Source: Thermogemmatispora sp. | Lineage (GTDB): Bacteria > Chloroflexota > Ktedonobacteria > Ktedonobacterales > Ktedonobacteraceae | DNA: 64,000 bases | Assembly: GCF_019683635.1 (NCBI RefSeq) | Contig: NZ_JADGIA010000003.1 | Span: 19,323-83,322, forward strand | Direction of reading: 5' to 3' | In this document: in pieces, positions 18,846 through 29,038 of the stretch | How the letters are laid out: each line of letters opens with the position of its first letter | Position numbering within the stretch: the first letter of the stretch is position 1 | Program-made: the position numbers and the translations under genes | The notes under the pieces: model-generated | Told to the model about the DNA's origin: nothing | Database searches by the model: none | What the model saw: only the letters and a program-made list of their open reading frames with translations

Positions 18846-19810
18846 TACGGCTGCTCCTCCCTCGGCTCGAAGCTGCTCGCACCTACTGCTGGTCCTCCAT
18901 TGAGCAGGCTACCGACGGGCCAGAGTTCTACATGGTCGTTAGCAATCACAATCTCAGCGCGTCCATGAAAAGGAATCCGCTCCAGGGCCTCCTTGGGAAG
19001 CTGAAGCCGTCCCACACGGTCAATCAGCACCGACTCGCGGTGGGTCTTGCTGGGCAAGGCGATCACCGCGCTGGCCGCGGACACATGAGAGGGAATGCTC
19101 GGCAGCGGTGTCTCACGGCGCACGGTCTCTGTGCTCGTACGTCCATCGCGAATAGCAATCACCCGGTCCACATTGGCGGCCAGAGCCGGATCATGGGTCA
19201 CCAGGACGATAGTCAGGCCCAGCTCCTGGTTGAGGCGGCGCAACAGCTGGAGGATCTCGCCCGCCGTCTGCGAGTCCAGCTCTCCCGTCGGCTCATCGGC
19301 CAGCAAGACCTGGGGCCGATTGGCCAGAGCCACGGCAATAGCTACGCGCTGCTGCTCTCCACCTGAGATCTGGGCTGGCAGGCGCCGGGCAGCCGCTTCC
19401 AGACCGATCAGGTGTAGCAGCTCACGTGCCCGCTGAAGACGCTCGCGGCGCGCGACCCCACTTAAGAGCTGCGGCAGCTCGATATTCTCCTGCAGGCTCA
19501 GCTCTGGCAGCAGATTGCGCCCGCTCTGTTGCCAGACATGACCAACCACAAAGCGTCGATAGAAGAGGCGCTGTCGCTCGCTCAGGCGTGCCAGATCGTA
19601 GCCGGCCACCAGACAGCGCCCGGCACTGGGACTGTCGAGGCCACCCAGGATATTGAGCAAGGTCGTCTTGCCTGAGCCGGAAACGCCGACCAGAGCCAGC
19701 ATCTCGCCGGGCTGGACCTCCAGATCCAGCCCCTGTAAGGCCACTACCTCCAGATCAGCCACCTTATAAATCTTGACCAGATTGTCACAGACAATGACCG
19801 CTGACGTCAT
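18845..19810 (-). CDS. ABC transporter ATP-binding protein with C-terminal AbrB-like extension
   Basis: GVSGSGKTT, ISGGEQQRV, ADEPTGELD, VTHD. Extra tail SVLIDRVGRLQLPKEALERI...AEIVIANDHVELWP. Confidence 0.9.
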   Translation of the reverse strand: MTSAVIVCDNLVKIYKVADLEVVALQGLDLEVQPGEMLALVGVSGSGKTTLLNILGGLDSPSAGRCLVAGYDLARLSERQRLFYRRFVVGHVWQQSGRNLLPELSLQENIELPQLLSGVARRERLQRARELLHLIGLEAAARRLPAQISGGEQQRVAIAVALANRPQVLLADEPTGELDSQTAGEILQLLRRLNQELGLTIVLVTHDPALAANVDRVIAIRDGRTSTETVRRETPLPSIPSHVSAASAVIALPSKTHRESVLIDRVGRLQLPKEALERIPFHGRAEIVIANDHVELWPVGSLLNGGPAVGASSFEPREEQP

Positions 19811-19840
19811 AGAGACTCCTTAACATTGCAGCCTACCTAT

Positions 19841-22800
19841 CTAATCCTCGCTGACTCGCAGCACATAACTCACAGCAGGGCGCGAGACTGTGCGCATCAT
19901 CATTCCCAAAGCGAGGATGAAGAGTCCCAGCAGGAGGGCGGGAATGGTAGGGAGCCAGGCAGGGATCGCGAGTTGCACAGGCGGCATACTCTGCGCCACA
20001 TAGAAAGCCCCCGAGGAAGCCGCTGCCGGTGCATTGCCGCTGGTAGCAGTAAAAACCAGGGTCGGCACGCTCAGCCAGGAGAACAAGGCTCCCAGGCCGA
20101 TGCCGAGAGTCAGAGCGAACACATAGATCAAGAGCTGCTCCCAGGCCAGCGTCGCGGCGAGCTGCCCAGGACTGCTGCCCAAGGCCCGCAGCACGGCAAA
20201 TGCCGTCAGACGACGGCGCACGCTCAACCAGGAAGCCGTCAGGCTTCCGAAGAGAGCCAGCAGCAGTGCACTGGTGGCCCCGATTGTCAATACTCCGATC
20301 AGATCCAGATAGAGCGGAGCGCGCAGCAGCCCGGCGCGTAGCGAGCGCCGATCAAGCAGCGGCGAAAGCGCCAGCGCCCCTTTGCTGAGTTGCTGGCGCA
20401 GCGCAGCCAACTGGCTGCCATCGTCCACCGTTCTCAGCCAGGCGTAATTGAGCGGGGCCGCCTGGGCGACGAAGGCTTGCTGAAGCTGGCTCTGCAAGAC
20501 CGAGACATAGGTCCTATAGTCGATGAGTACGCCACCTGCCGGGATATCGTCGCTTGACGAGCCGCTCGGCAGAGATGAGGAGACAATGGTCGGAATAGCA
20601 TCAACCGTCGCTACATCCTGAAAAGCGAGTGAGATCTGACCGTCGCTGCTATTCAGCGTAAAGGTCTGATCGGGCTGGATCTGCAAGGACCGAGCGGCGT
20701 TGACATCGACAATAGCGGGTATTACATGGGCGACTATCGCCCTCTTTCGGGCTGCGACCAGCGCTTGCATCAGCGTGGGCAGAGGTACGGCGGAGTCCGC
20801 CCGCGTCCACCGGGCTGTACGGGTGAATGTCTCAGCATCAACCGCCCGTAGGGCAATTGAAAGATTCTGAGTGCCGCCCCCCGAGAGTGTCGTTGCGTGA
20901 CCGAGCGAAGCCGAGAGCACACCCGGCAGTCGGCGATAGGCCGCTGTCAGCGTTGCCAGTTCGTTCGGCGCATGAGGCTGCAAGAATGCACCGCTGAAAT
21001 CGGCACCTACCTGAAAAGCGCTGCTATCGTCGCTACGCTGAACCTGCGAAGCCAGCAGCACCTGGGTAAAAAGCAGGCAGGCGGTTGCCAGAGCCAGCAA
21101 CAGCGTCATACGCAGCGACTGGCGTGGAGCGCGCGCCATTTGGGCCAGGGCCAGCAGCGGAGCCAGGCCACGGCGGCCTGCTGCCAGATGGGCTGCGGCA
21201 GTCAGCATCAATGGCAAAAGACGTAGGAGCAGCAGCAGACCAGCGATGATCAACAAGACTGCTCCCAGTAGCGTAAGTGGAGCCAGCAAGATCAGGCGAG
21301 TATGGGCATCGAGCACATTCGAATGCGTCAAATAGAAAGCCATTCCATAGCCGGGCAACATCAGCAGCGCGGCCACCACATCGAGATGGAGGCGCTGCCA
21401 GAGCGGGGCCTGGCTTGTGCGAGCGGCCTCGCGGCGGAGGGCCAGCACATCGGAGCGCGTCGCACGTCCGATCGTGAAAGCCATCGTTAGCAGGCCCACC
21501 AGGGTGGCAGCCAGCGCATAGCCGCCGAGCGAAAACAGGGTCTGCACTGGCTGGCTGATCAGCAGCTGCTGCGTGAGTTGCCCGCTGTCTGGCAGGGACA
21601 CATGGGCCAGGCTGAGCACCAGGGCGATGGCCAGGAGCGGACCGCCAACCAGGGCCAGCATTGCCAGCAGCAGGGCCTGAAGAAAGAACATGCCAGCAAC
21701 CTGCAGGCGGCTGGCGCCCCGGCTGCGCAAGATAGCCACCGCCTCACTTTGACGATCGATCAGCAGATCGGTCATGATCGCGATAAAAAAGAGCACCAGG
21801 GCCATCACCAGCGTCACCAGAGAGAACAGAGGGATCGTGGCCGTGTTCATCTGATCGTAAAACTCCTGCAAGGCGTCGCTGGGCAGATTCACCTGCAGGT
21901 GCTCTATCAGAGGCGGAGTATTCAGCCCTGGGTTGTTGACAACCTCGCTTTCAACCTGATCGATATTGGCAAACAGCAGATGGAGATCGCTAATACTGGC
22001 CTTCTGAGGATCGATGCGGTAGAGCCAGGAAAGCGTGAAAGGTTCCTCCAAAACAAGACCATGCGTTTGCTGTCCAAAGCGGTCGAAGAGAGCCAGCAGA
22101 CTCTCGGTGGTCGTCAGGAACGTCGATTGTAGGCCCAACTGCTGGCCGTCGCTCACTCCACGAGGGGAAGCCGTGAAGGTGGCACCCTGCCAGAACGACG
22201 GGTCGGTGTGGGGTGAGAAGATTCCCACCACACGCAGTGTCACATTGTAGACGATGCGCTGAGTAGGAATCTCCACATAAGCAAACTGCACCGTAAAGGT
22301 CGAACCGGGGCGAGCCTTCAGCTGGCTGGCTTCCTGTGAAGAGAGAGCGATCTCCAAGATATCCGCCGTGGGGGCGGGCAGCGTCGCCTGGGGAAAGCGG
22401 CCTGTCAGCAAGGAAGCATGAGTGGCCAGGCTGGCCGCTGGTTCTGCCACCAGCTGAACCTCGCTGCCGCTCACGATCTGGGTCTGTGTGTCTAGAAGCG
22501 GAACGGGGGGGGTAACAATGGAGAGATTAGCGGTGCTCAAATAACTGCCAAGTAGGCGCTGGAACTCCTGATCAAGCAGAGCAGAAGCATGGCTGAGTCC
22601 AGAGACAGAGAGTTGTTCAGCACTGCTCTGTACGAGGATATCGGCGCTTTGGGGCTGAGAGTGGAAAGCTTCCTGCAAGCCGAGGGAGAGCGTCAGGGCG
22701 GAGTAGAGAGGTACAGTGCAGATAATCATGACTGCTGCCAGCAGACCCAGCGCTGTCAGCGAAAGCAGGCCCCAGGTGCGACGCAGGCGCCAGAAAGCCA

Positions 22801-22891
22801 GCCTGACAAGCGAGCGCGAAGCGGTTTCGCCGCCGTTGCCGACAGTGGGAGCTGGGCCAGCGGGACGAAGAGCGGGTAGAAAGCGAGCCAT
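19841..22891 (-). CDS. Large ABC transporter permease (FtsX/MacB-like), paralog 1
   Basis: AILRSRG and AVLRALG motifs. Shares blocks with 14910-18074 (LLLALATA, VGADFSG, LYLDL.G). Confidence 0.85.
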   Translation of the reverse strand: MARFLPALRPAGPAPTVGNGGETASRSLVRLAFWRLRRTWGLLSLTALGLLAAVMIICTVPLYSALTLSLGLQEAFHSQPQSADILVQSSAEQLSVSGLSHASALLDQEFQRLLGSYLSTANLSIVTPPVPLLDTQTQIVSGSEVQLVAEPAASLATHASLLTGRFPQATLPAPTADILEIALSSQEASQLKARPGSTFTVQFAYVEIPTQRIVYNVTLRVVGIFSPHTDPSFWQGATFTASPRGVSDGQQLGLQSTFLTTTESLLALFDRFGQQTHGLVLEEPFTLSWLYRIDPQKASISDLHLLFANIDQVESEVVNNPGLNTPPLIEHLQVNLPSDALQEFYDQMNTATIPLFSLVTLVMALVLFFIAIMTDLLIDRQSEAVAILRSRGASRLQVAGMFFLQALLLAMLALVGGPLLAIALVLSLAHVSLPDSGQLTQQLLISQPVQTLFSLGGYALAATLVGLLTMAFTIGRATRSDVLALRREAARTSQAPLWQRLHLDVVAALLMLPGYGMAFYLTHSNVLDAHTRLILLAPLTLLGAVLLIIAGLLLLLRLLPLMLTAAAHLAAGRRGLAPLLALAQMARAPRQSLRMTLLLALATACLLFTQVLLASQVQRSDDSSAFQVGADFSGAFLQPHAPNELATLTAAYRRLPGVLSASLGHATTLSGGGTQNLSIALRAVDAETFTRTARWTRADSAVPLPTLMQALVAARKRAIVAHVIPAIVDVNAARSLQIQPDQTFTLNSSDGQISLAFQDVATVDAIPTIVSSSLPSGSSSDDIPAGGVLIDYRTYVSVLQSQLQQAFVAQAAPLNYAWLRTVDDGSQLAALRQQLSKGALALSPLLDRRSLRAGLLRAPLYLDLIGVLTIGATSALLLALFGSLTASWLSVRRRLTAFAVLRALGSSPGQLAATLAWEQLLIYVFALTLGIGLGALFSWLSVPTLVFTATSGNAPAAASSGAFYVAQSMPPVQLAIPAWLPTIPALLLGLFILALGMMMRTVSRPAVSYVLRVSED

Positions 22892-23651
22892 CTTCTTGCC
22901 TTCCCGATGCGATGCTAGACAGCAGGCGATCCACCTTTAGCCGGGCCGTGAGCAGCGCCTTCCCTCCCTGGAGACGGGAGACAGGCGAGCGTGTCCAGGC
23001 ACCCTCTGTTAACAAGGAAAGGAGCAAGAGGTAGTGAGAGCAATAGGCCGTCCCGGAGACATGTGGATACCCTGCCGTCCCTCTATAGAAGAAAACGAAT
23101 AAATGAGCTGAAAGTCGCAAGTATCTGCCTCTGAGGGGAGAATGTGGGTAGCGAAGTGGAGCGAATGCCTGCGAGGCAGGAGATGCTGTTGAAGTCTGCC
23201 GGCTCCGTCCCAGCGCGCAGAAGGGCTGGTGAGTGCCAACAACCTATACAAGTTTTTTTGCCAATGGATAAGCAACCGTTAGGTCAAAAACGCCGGCGCA
23301 GCTCGCTGCAGCCCGGTCCATGCTGTTGTCTGGCGTCTGGAGAAGCCGGGCGAACAGTGCCAGATCCACGGCTCAATGGGTTGCTTTGTCCCGGTCAAGT
23401 TTGATAAACTAACGACCGGTAGGGGCATCAACGTTGCTGTGCGGACGCTCAAAGACGGATACGCACACGCGCGTATGCCGAGCGCCGGGCTTGCCTGAGC
23501 GCCTTGCTTCTCTTTATTCATTGTGCTTGTTGGGCATATTTATCGGGCTATGCCACTGATTTTTCTTAGTCTCCGCTCAGGAGCCTGTGCGGGTAGGCAT
23601 GCGGCGGGAGGACAAAGCCGTTGCCAACGTGCCCTAAAAGGAGAACACTCT

Positions 23652-25235
23652 ATGACAATGATGATGAGCCGGAAGGCCCTGGAAGAATATGGGCTGATGA
23701 ACCTGGGCAAGATCCACTGGAATCTTGCCCCGGCCATCCTGGTTGAGCATGCTCTGGCACGCGGGGAGGGAGTGCTGGCCTCAAACGGCGCGCTTGCTAC
23801 CAAGACCGCCCCACATACGGGGCGCTCTCCCAAGGATAAATACATTGTCTCGAATGAGGAGTCGGCGTCACGCATCTGGTGGGGTGAGAATAATCACCCG
23901 ATGGCGCCGGAGCATTTCGAAATGGTGCGTCGCAGCCTGGCCGCCTATCTGCAGGGGCGCGACGTCTATGTGCTGGATGCCGCTGCCGGGGCTGATCCGG
24001 CTTACCGCATACCGCTGCAGGTCATTACGGAACTGGCCTGGCATAATTTGTTCGCGCGTCAGCTCTTCCTGCGTGTGAAGGATGAGGATCTGGCCAGCGA
24101 GCGCCCGGGCTTCACGATTCTCTGCGTGCCCAATTTCCATACTGACCCTCGGACCCACGGCACGCGCTCAGAGACGGCCATCATTATCGACTTTGAGGAA
24201 CGCCTGATCTTGATCGCTGGGACCCACTACGCCGGCGAAATGAAAAAAGCGGTCTTCACGGTCCTCAATTTTATGCTGCCGTCCCAGGGAGTTCTGCCGA
24301 TGCACTGCTCGGCCAATGTGGGGGAGAAAGGCGATGTCGCGCTCTTTTTCGGCCTCTCGGGTACCGGTAAGACGAGCCTATCGGCTGATCCAACACGTCG
24401 CCTGATTGGCGACGATGAACATGGTTGGGGCGATACGGGGATCTTTAACTTCGAGGGCGGCTGCTATGCGAAGTGTATCAATCTCTCACGCGAGCATGAG
24501 CCGCAGATCTGGAACGCCATGCGTTTCGGTGCCATCTATGAGAATGTCGTCCTCGATGAGAAGACGCGCGAGCCGCGCTATGAGGATGCCTCGATTACCG
24601 AGAATACACGCGCGGCCTACCCGGTCGATTTTATCGACAACGTAGTCCTGGAGGGTCGTGCCGGTCATCCCCAGGCGATCATCTTCCTCTCGGCGGATTC
24701 CTTCGGGGTACTGCCTCCGATCTCACGGCTGACGACAGAGCAGGCGATGTACTATTTCCTCTCCGGCTACACCAGTAAGCTGGCGGGGACGGAGTCAGGA
24801 GTGACGACGCCGCAGGCGACATTCAGCCCGTGCTTTGGGGCGCCTTTCCTGCCGTTGCGTCCCGGAGAATACGCCAATCTACTGCGTGAACGCATTGTTG
24901 CCCACAAGGTGCGCTGCTACCTGGTTAATACGGGCTGGACCGGTGGTCCCTATGGGGTGGGGCGACGCATCAACATCAACTATACGCGGGCGATGGTGCG
25001 AGCGGCGATCAGCGGCGAGCTGGAGGGTGTGGAGACGGTCACAGACCCCGTCTTCGGGCTGCATGTGCCCGTGGCCTGCCCCGGCGTGCCCGCGGAGCTG
25101 CTCAATCCTCGCGCTACCTGGCCTGATCCTGAAGCCTACGATCGCCAGGCAGTGGAGCTGGCGGCGCGCTTCAAGGAGAATTTCAAGCAGTTTACGCTGC
25201 CAGGTGAGGAAGTACGCTCCGCCGGGCCGCGCTGA
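23652..25235 (+). CDS. pckA: Phosphoenolpyruvate carboxykinase (ATP)
   Basis: [46 protein letters not shown]. Start refined to ATG 23652 after AAGGAG. Confidence 0.95.
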   Translation: MTMMMSRKALEEYGLMNLGKIHWNLAPAILVEHALARGEGVLASNGALATKTAPHTGRSPKDKYIVSNEESASRIWWGENNHPMAPEHFEMVRRSLAAYLQGRDVYVLDAAAGADPAYRIPLQVITELAWHNLFARQLFLRVKDEDLASERPGFTILCVPNFHTDPRTHGTRSETAIIIDFEERLILIAGTHYAGEMKKAVFTVLNFMLPSQGVLPMHCSANVGEKGDVALFFGLSGTGKTSLSADPTRRLIGDDEHGWGDTGIFNFEGGCYAKCINLSREHEPQIWNAMRFGAIYENVVLDEKTREPRYEDASITENTRAAYPVDFIDNVVLEGRAGHPQAIIFLSADSFGVLPPISRLTTEQAMYYFLSGYTSKLAGTESGVTTPQATFSPCFGAPFLPLRPGEYANLLRERIVAHKVRCYLVNTGWTGGPYGVGRRININYTRAMVRAAISGELEGVETVTDPVFGLHVPVACPGVPAELLNPRATWPDPEAYDRQAVELAARFKENFKQFTLPGEEVRSAGPR

Positions 25236-25359
25236 GCCGCTCTCTGCGGCCTGGTCGGGTCGGCCAGGCAGAGACTGGAGGGCTGCACTTCGCTCTCGCG
25301 GGTGCAGCTCTCTTTTGCATTGGCGGTCTTAGTCCGTATTGGAGGCTGAGCTTCCCCTG

Positions 25360-26757
25360 CTAGTGATCGTGCTCTGGCTCCTGCTGCTGTCCTTTGCGCT
25401 CCTGCAAAGCGCGCACATAGGCGATGAAGCGCCGCCCTCGCTCGAATTCGTTCTGGAACATGCCAAAGCTGGTGAAGCCAGGCGAGAACAGCACGACGTC
25501 GCCTGGCTGGGCCAAAGCCACAGCGGCATCGAGGGCCTCCTCAAAGCGGTCGAAGATCCCCCGGACCGGGTCAGGGCGTCCCTGCCTGGCAGCTTCAGCG
25601 CGCAGGGCGGGCAGCAGCTCCTCCGTGCCGCTGCCCTGGAGCAGGAGCACAGCGCGGCAGCGAGCCACAATCTGGGCTGGCCAGTCTTCCAGCGGCAGGT
25701 GTTTGCTGTTGCCACCGGCGATCAGGATCAGTGGCTCATTGAAGGCCAGCAGGGCCATGCGCCCGGCGATCGGCGTGGTGCTGGTTGTATCGTTGATATA
25801 GCGCACGCCATCGATGGTGGCCACCTCCTGCAGGCGGTGTTCGACGCCGCGGAACTGGCGCACGGTGCTGGCGATGATCTCGTCGGGAATCTCTAGCAGG
25901 CGGGCGACAGTAGTGGCCAGGAGCACGTTTTCCAGATTGTGACGGCCAGGCAGAGGAGTGTCGCGGAAGGTAAAAGGCTGCAGCGCGTTGGAGCCACGGG
26001 GAAAGCTGCCACCGCGTTCAAGGCTGGCGAACCAGGTGCGGCCCGGGGCCTCCTCGCCGAAGCGGCGTGTCCAGGGATTATCGTAGTTGAAGACGGCCAG
26101 GTCTTCGGGCCGCTGATGGCGGAAAATATTGGCTTTGGCTGCGCCGTATTCTTCCATGCTGGCGTAGGTGTCGAGGTGATCGGGGTAGAGATTGGTCATG
26201 ACGGCCACAGCAGGGCTGATGTGGTGTTGCTCGAAGCCCTCCAGTTGCCAGCTTGACATCTCCAGGACCACCAGGGTTTCGGGCGTGACCTGGGGCAGCA
26301 GCGAGAGCGTTTCAACGCCAGCAACGTTGCCGCCAATGACCACAGGCTTGCCGGCGGCGCGCAGGATCTCGTAGATGAGCGTGGTGGTAGTGGTCTTGCC
26401 ACGTGTGCCAGTGACGCCGATAGTGCGTCCCGGACAGGCAAGCATAAAGAGCGCCAGCTCCATCTCGATCTGAGCGCCGTGAGCGCGGGCGATCTGCAGG
26501 TAGGGTGAATTGCGTGGAATGCCCGGGTTGCGGATAACGATTTCGGCCCAGCGAAAGTCTTCTTCACGGTGTGCGCCGAGGATGAACTCAATGGGAAGGC
26601 CCGCCAGCGCGCGAATGCTGGGGGCCAGCACGTCCGCCGGCTTCTTATCGGTCACGCGCACAATGGCGCCCTGCTCAGCAGCATAGCGGGCTGCAGCGAT
26701 GCCTGAGCCCTGCAAGCCCAGCCCCATGACCAAAACACGTTTCCCGCGTAGCTCCAT
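25360..26757 (-). CDS. murD: UDP-N-acetylmuramoyl-L-alanine--D-glutamate ligase
   Basis: VLVMGLG Rossmann start, GVTGTRGKTTTT, LEMSSWQL, NLYPDHLD, GVEHRL, YINDT, LFSPG. Confidence 0.9.
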   Translation of the reverse strand: MELRGKRVLVMGLGLQGSGIAAARYAAEQGAIVRVTDKKPADVLAPSIRALAGLPIEFILGAHREEDFRWAEIVIRNPGIPRNSPYLQIARAHGAQIEMELALFMLACPGRTIGVTGTRGKTTTTTLIYEILRAAGKPVVIGGNVAGVETLSLLPQVTPETLVVLEMSSWQLEGFEQHHISPAVAVMTNLYPDHLDTYASMEEYGAAKANIFRHQRPEDLAVFNYDNPWTRRFGEEAPGRTWFASLERGGSFPRGSNALQPFTFRDTPLPGRHNLENVLLATTVARLLEIPDEIIASTVRQFRGVEHRLQEVATIDGVRYINDTTSTTPIAGRMALLAFNEPLILIAGGNSKHLPLEDWPAQIVARCRAVLLLQGSGTEELLPALRAEAARQGRPDPVRGIFDRFEEALDAAVALAQPGDVVLFSPGFTSFGMFQNEFERGRRFIAYVRALQERKGQQQEPEHDH

Positions 26758-26938
26758 CCGTCAACAGCTCCTCTTCTCCGCTCCCCCAAAGAGGGAAGTC
26801 TCATCAGCAGTATACAGGAGGTTGTATAGCAGCCTGGGAGCGAAGCTGTCAAGCCCCTGCCCGGGAGCGGAAACGCGGCTGCCTGCCGGCCTGGTCGTCA
26901 ACCATGTGAACCGCGCGTCTGCCAGCCAGGCCAGGCGC

Positions 26939-28312
26939 CTATGTGCCGGATGAAGCGCTGTCCTCCGCCTCTGCTTGGCTAGCGGGACGACGCGGCACAA
27001 GGTGGATATCGATGTCGCTGCTCAGGCGGAGCAGGCGATTGACCAATGAGCCGCGCAGCAGCTCCTCCCAGCGGCGGCGTGTTGGGAGGCCCAGGACGAT
27101 CAGGGTGACGCGGCGCTCGCGGGCGATGGTAGCGAGCGCCTGGGCGATGTCGTGGCTGCGCACATGGAGCACCTCGGCCCCCAGGTCCTCAGCGAGCAAG
27201 GCATGTTCTTCAAGACGGCGCCGCGCAACCTCTTCCTCAGCGCGCAAGCGACGGCCATATTTGAGCAGGCGCACCAGGCGTGCCGTCATGGCGGAGAAGC
27301 CGGTTGGCTCAACAGAGACAGCGATCAGCTGAGCCTGGAGGCTGTGCGCCAGGCGCCAGGCATCGCGGATCACCTGGCGGCTGTGAGGACGGTGATCAAA
27401 GCCGACAAGGACGCGCTCGCAGGCCGGCCAGAGCTTGTTGATCCTATGCGAAGCCATGTATTGCTGCAGCTGAGCCTCGGTCTTCTCTGCGGTGCGCCGG
27501 AGCGCCAGTTCGCGCAGAGCCGTCAGGTTCCCCTCGCGGAAGAAGTTGCTGAGGGCAGCATCGATGCGTTCGCGGGGGTAGATGTTGCCGTGCTTCATGC
27601 GCTGGCGCAGGGCATGGGGCGAGATATCGATCAGCTCAACCTCGTCGGCCTGATCGAGAATCCAGTCAGGCAGCGTCTCGCGCACCTGCACGCCTGTAAT
27701 GTTGGCCACAATATCGTTGAGGCTTTCCAGGTGCTGGATGTTGAGGGTGGTCACCACATCGATGCCGGCCTCCAGCAGCTCCAGCACGTCCTGATAGCGC
27801 TTTTCGTGCCTGGAGCCGGGGACATTGGTATGGGCCAGCTCATCGACCAGCACCACCTGGGGACGTCGCGCCAGGATGGCCTGCAGATCCATCTCTTCAA
27901 GGGTCAGGCCGCGGTAGGCGATCTTCTTGCGAGGGATGACCTCCAGATCGCCGATCTGCTCGGCGGTACGTGGGCGCCCGTGGGTCTCGACGTAGCCGAT
28001 GACCACATCAGTTCCGCGACTCTTGCGCCGGTGGCCCTCGTTGAGCATCGCATAGGTTTTGCCCGCTCCCGGGGCGGCGGCCAGGTAGATGCGCAGGCGC
28101 CCGCGGCGGCCCGAAGAAGGCCGTGGGGGGTGCGCCGCCGTTGCCGGGGTTGGGCCTGTTGCTGGTCTGTGGTCGCTGCCAGCCGTAGCGGCCCCCTGTT
28201 GGGGTTGCTGCTGCCCGGCCAGATCCTCATCGCGCAGGCCGTAGCGCTGCAGCAGTTCCTCGGGAGAGGGGCGCCTATCGCTGGAATCACGGCTTGCTCT
28301 CTGCTCGCTCAT
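26939..28312 (-). CDS. kdpD: Truncated KdpD: N-terminal sensor (KdpD domain) + USP domain only, no TM, GAF or histidine kinase
   Basis: GRLRIYLAAAPGAGKTYAML, VDELAHTN, TTLNIQHLESLND and LRELALR, then USP-like ERVLVGFD...IDIHLV and stop. Confidence 0.88.
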   Translation of the reverse strand: MSEQRASRDSSDRRPSPEELLQRYGLRDEDLAGQQQPQQGAATAGSDHRPATGPTPATAAHPPRPSSGRRGRLRIYLAAAPGAGKTYAMLNEGHRRKSRGTDVVIGYVETHGRPRTAEQIGDLEVIPRKKIAYRGLTLEEMDLQAILARRPQVVLVDELAHTNVPGSRHEKRYQDVLELLEAGIDVVTTLNIQHLESLNDIVANITGVQVRETLPDWILDQADEVELIDISPHALRQRMKHGNIYPRERIDAALSNFFREGNLTALRELALRRTAEKTEAQLQQYMASHRINKLWPACERVLVGFDHRPHSRQVIRDAWRLAHSLQAQLIAVSVEPTGFSAMTARLVRLLKYGRRLRAEEEVARRRLEEHALLAEDLGAEVLHVRSHDIAQALATIARERRVTLIVLGLPTRRRWEELLRGSLVNRLLRLSSDIDIHLVPRRPASQAEAEDSASSGT

Positions 28313-28384
28313 CGTTGGCAGGCTCCTCCCTGCTGTGCTGTGGGCTTCTCCAGCTGATCCATCCCCTCTGTCACTCGGCCAGCC

Positions 28385-29011
28385 TTAGTGTTTGAGGGCA
28401 TCGAGCGCCAGGTTCAGATCGAGTACATTGACATGAGGCTCGCCGAAGATGCCCAGAAAGCGCCCCTGAACATGACTCAGTACAAGCTGGCGCACTGTCT
28501 CCTGACTTAGCCCGCGCGCCTTGGCCACACGCGGCACCTGGTAGAGCGCGGCAGCTATCGAAATGTCGGGGTCCAGGCCAGAGCCGGAGGCCGTCACCAG
28601 ATCGGCGGGCACCGGCCCCGGTGGAGCATCTGGATTCTCACGTTTCAGCTCAGCAATACGCTGCTGCACTGTCTGCACCAGGACCTTGTTGGTGGGCCCG
28701 AGATTGGAGGCGCCGGAATTCTCTGCATTGTAGGGCTGGAGGTGGCTGCCGTCGTCGCTCAGCGTGGCCGAGGGCCGTCCGTGGAAGTACTTGGGCGAGG
28801 TCCAATACTGCCCGATCAGCTCTGAACCGACCAGCCGGCCATCGGCATAGCGCAGGCTGCCGTTGGCCTGGTAGGGAAAGAGCAGCTGCGCCAGAGCGGT
28901 GACCACCCCTGGATAGAGTAGCCCCAGCAGAATAGTCAGGAGCAGCGTTAGCATCAGCGCCGGGCGGAGATACTCACGCAAGAGAGACTTCAATGATAGA
29001 TGCAGATGCAT
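28385..29011 (-). CDS. kdpC: K+-transporting ATPase subunit C
   Basis: [57 protein letters not shown]. Start refined to ATG 29011 after AAGGGG. Confidence 0.95.
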   Translation of the reverse strand: MHLHLSLKSLLREYLRPALMLTLLLTILLGLLYPGVVTALAQLLFPYQANGSLRYADGRLVGSELIGQYWTSPKYFHGRPSATLSDDGSHLQPYNAENSGASNLGPTNKVLVQTVQQRIAELKRENPDAPPGPVPADLVTASGSGLDPDISIAAALYQVPRVAKARGLSQETVRQLVLSHVQGRFLGIFGEPHVNVLDLNLALDALKH

Positions 29012-29038
29012 GGTGCTTATCCCCTTGAACAAGACGGT

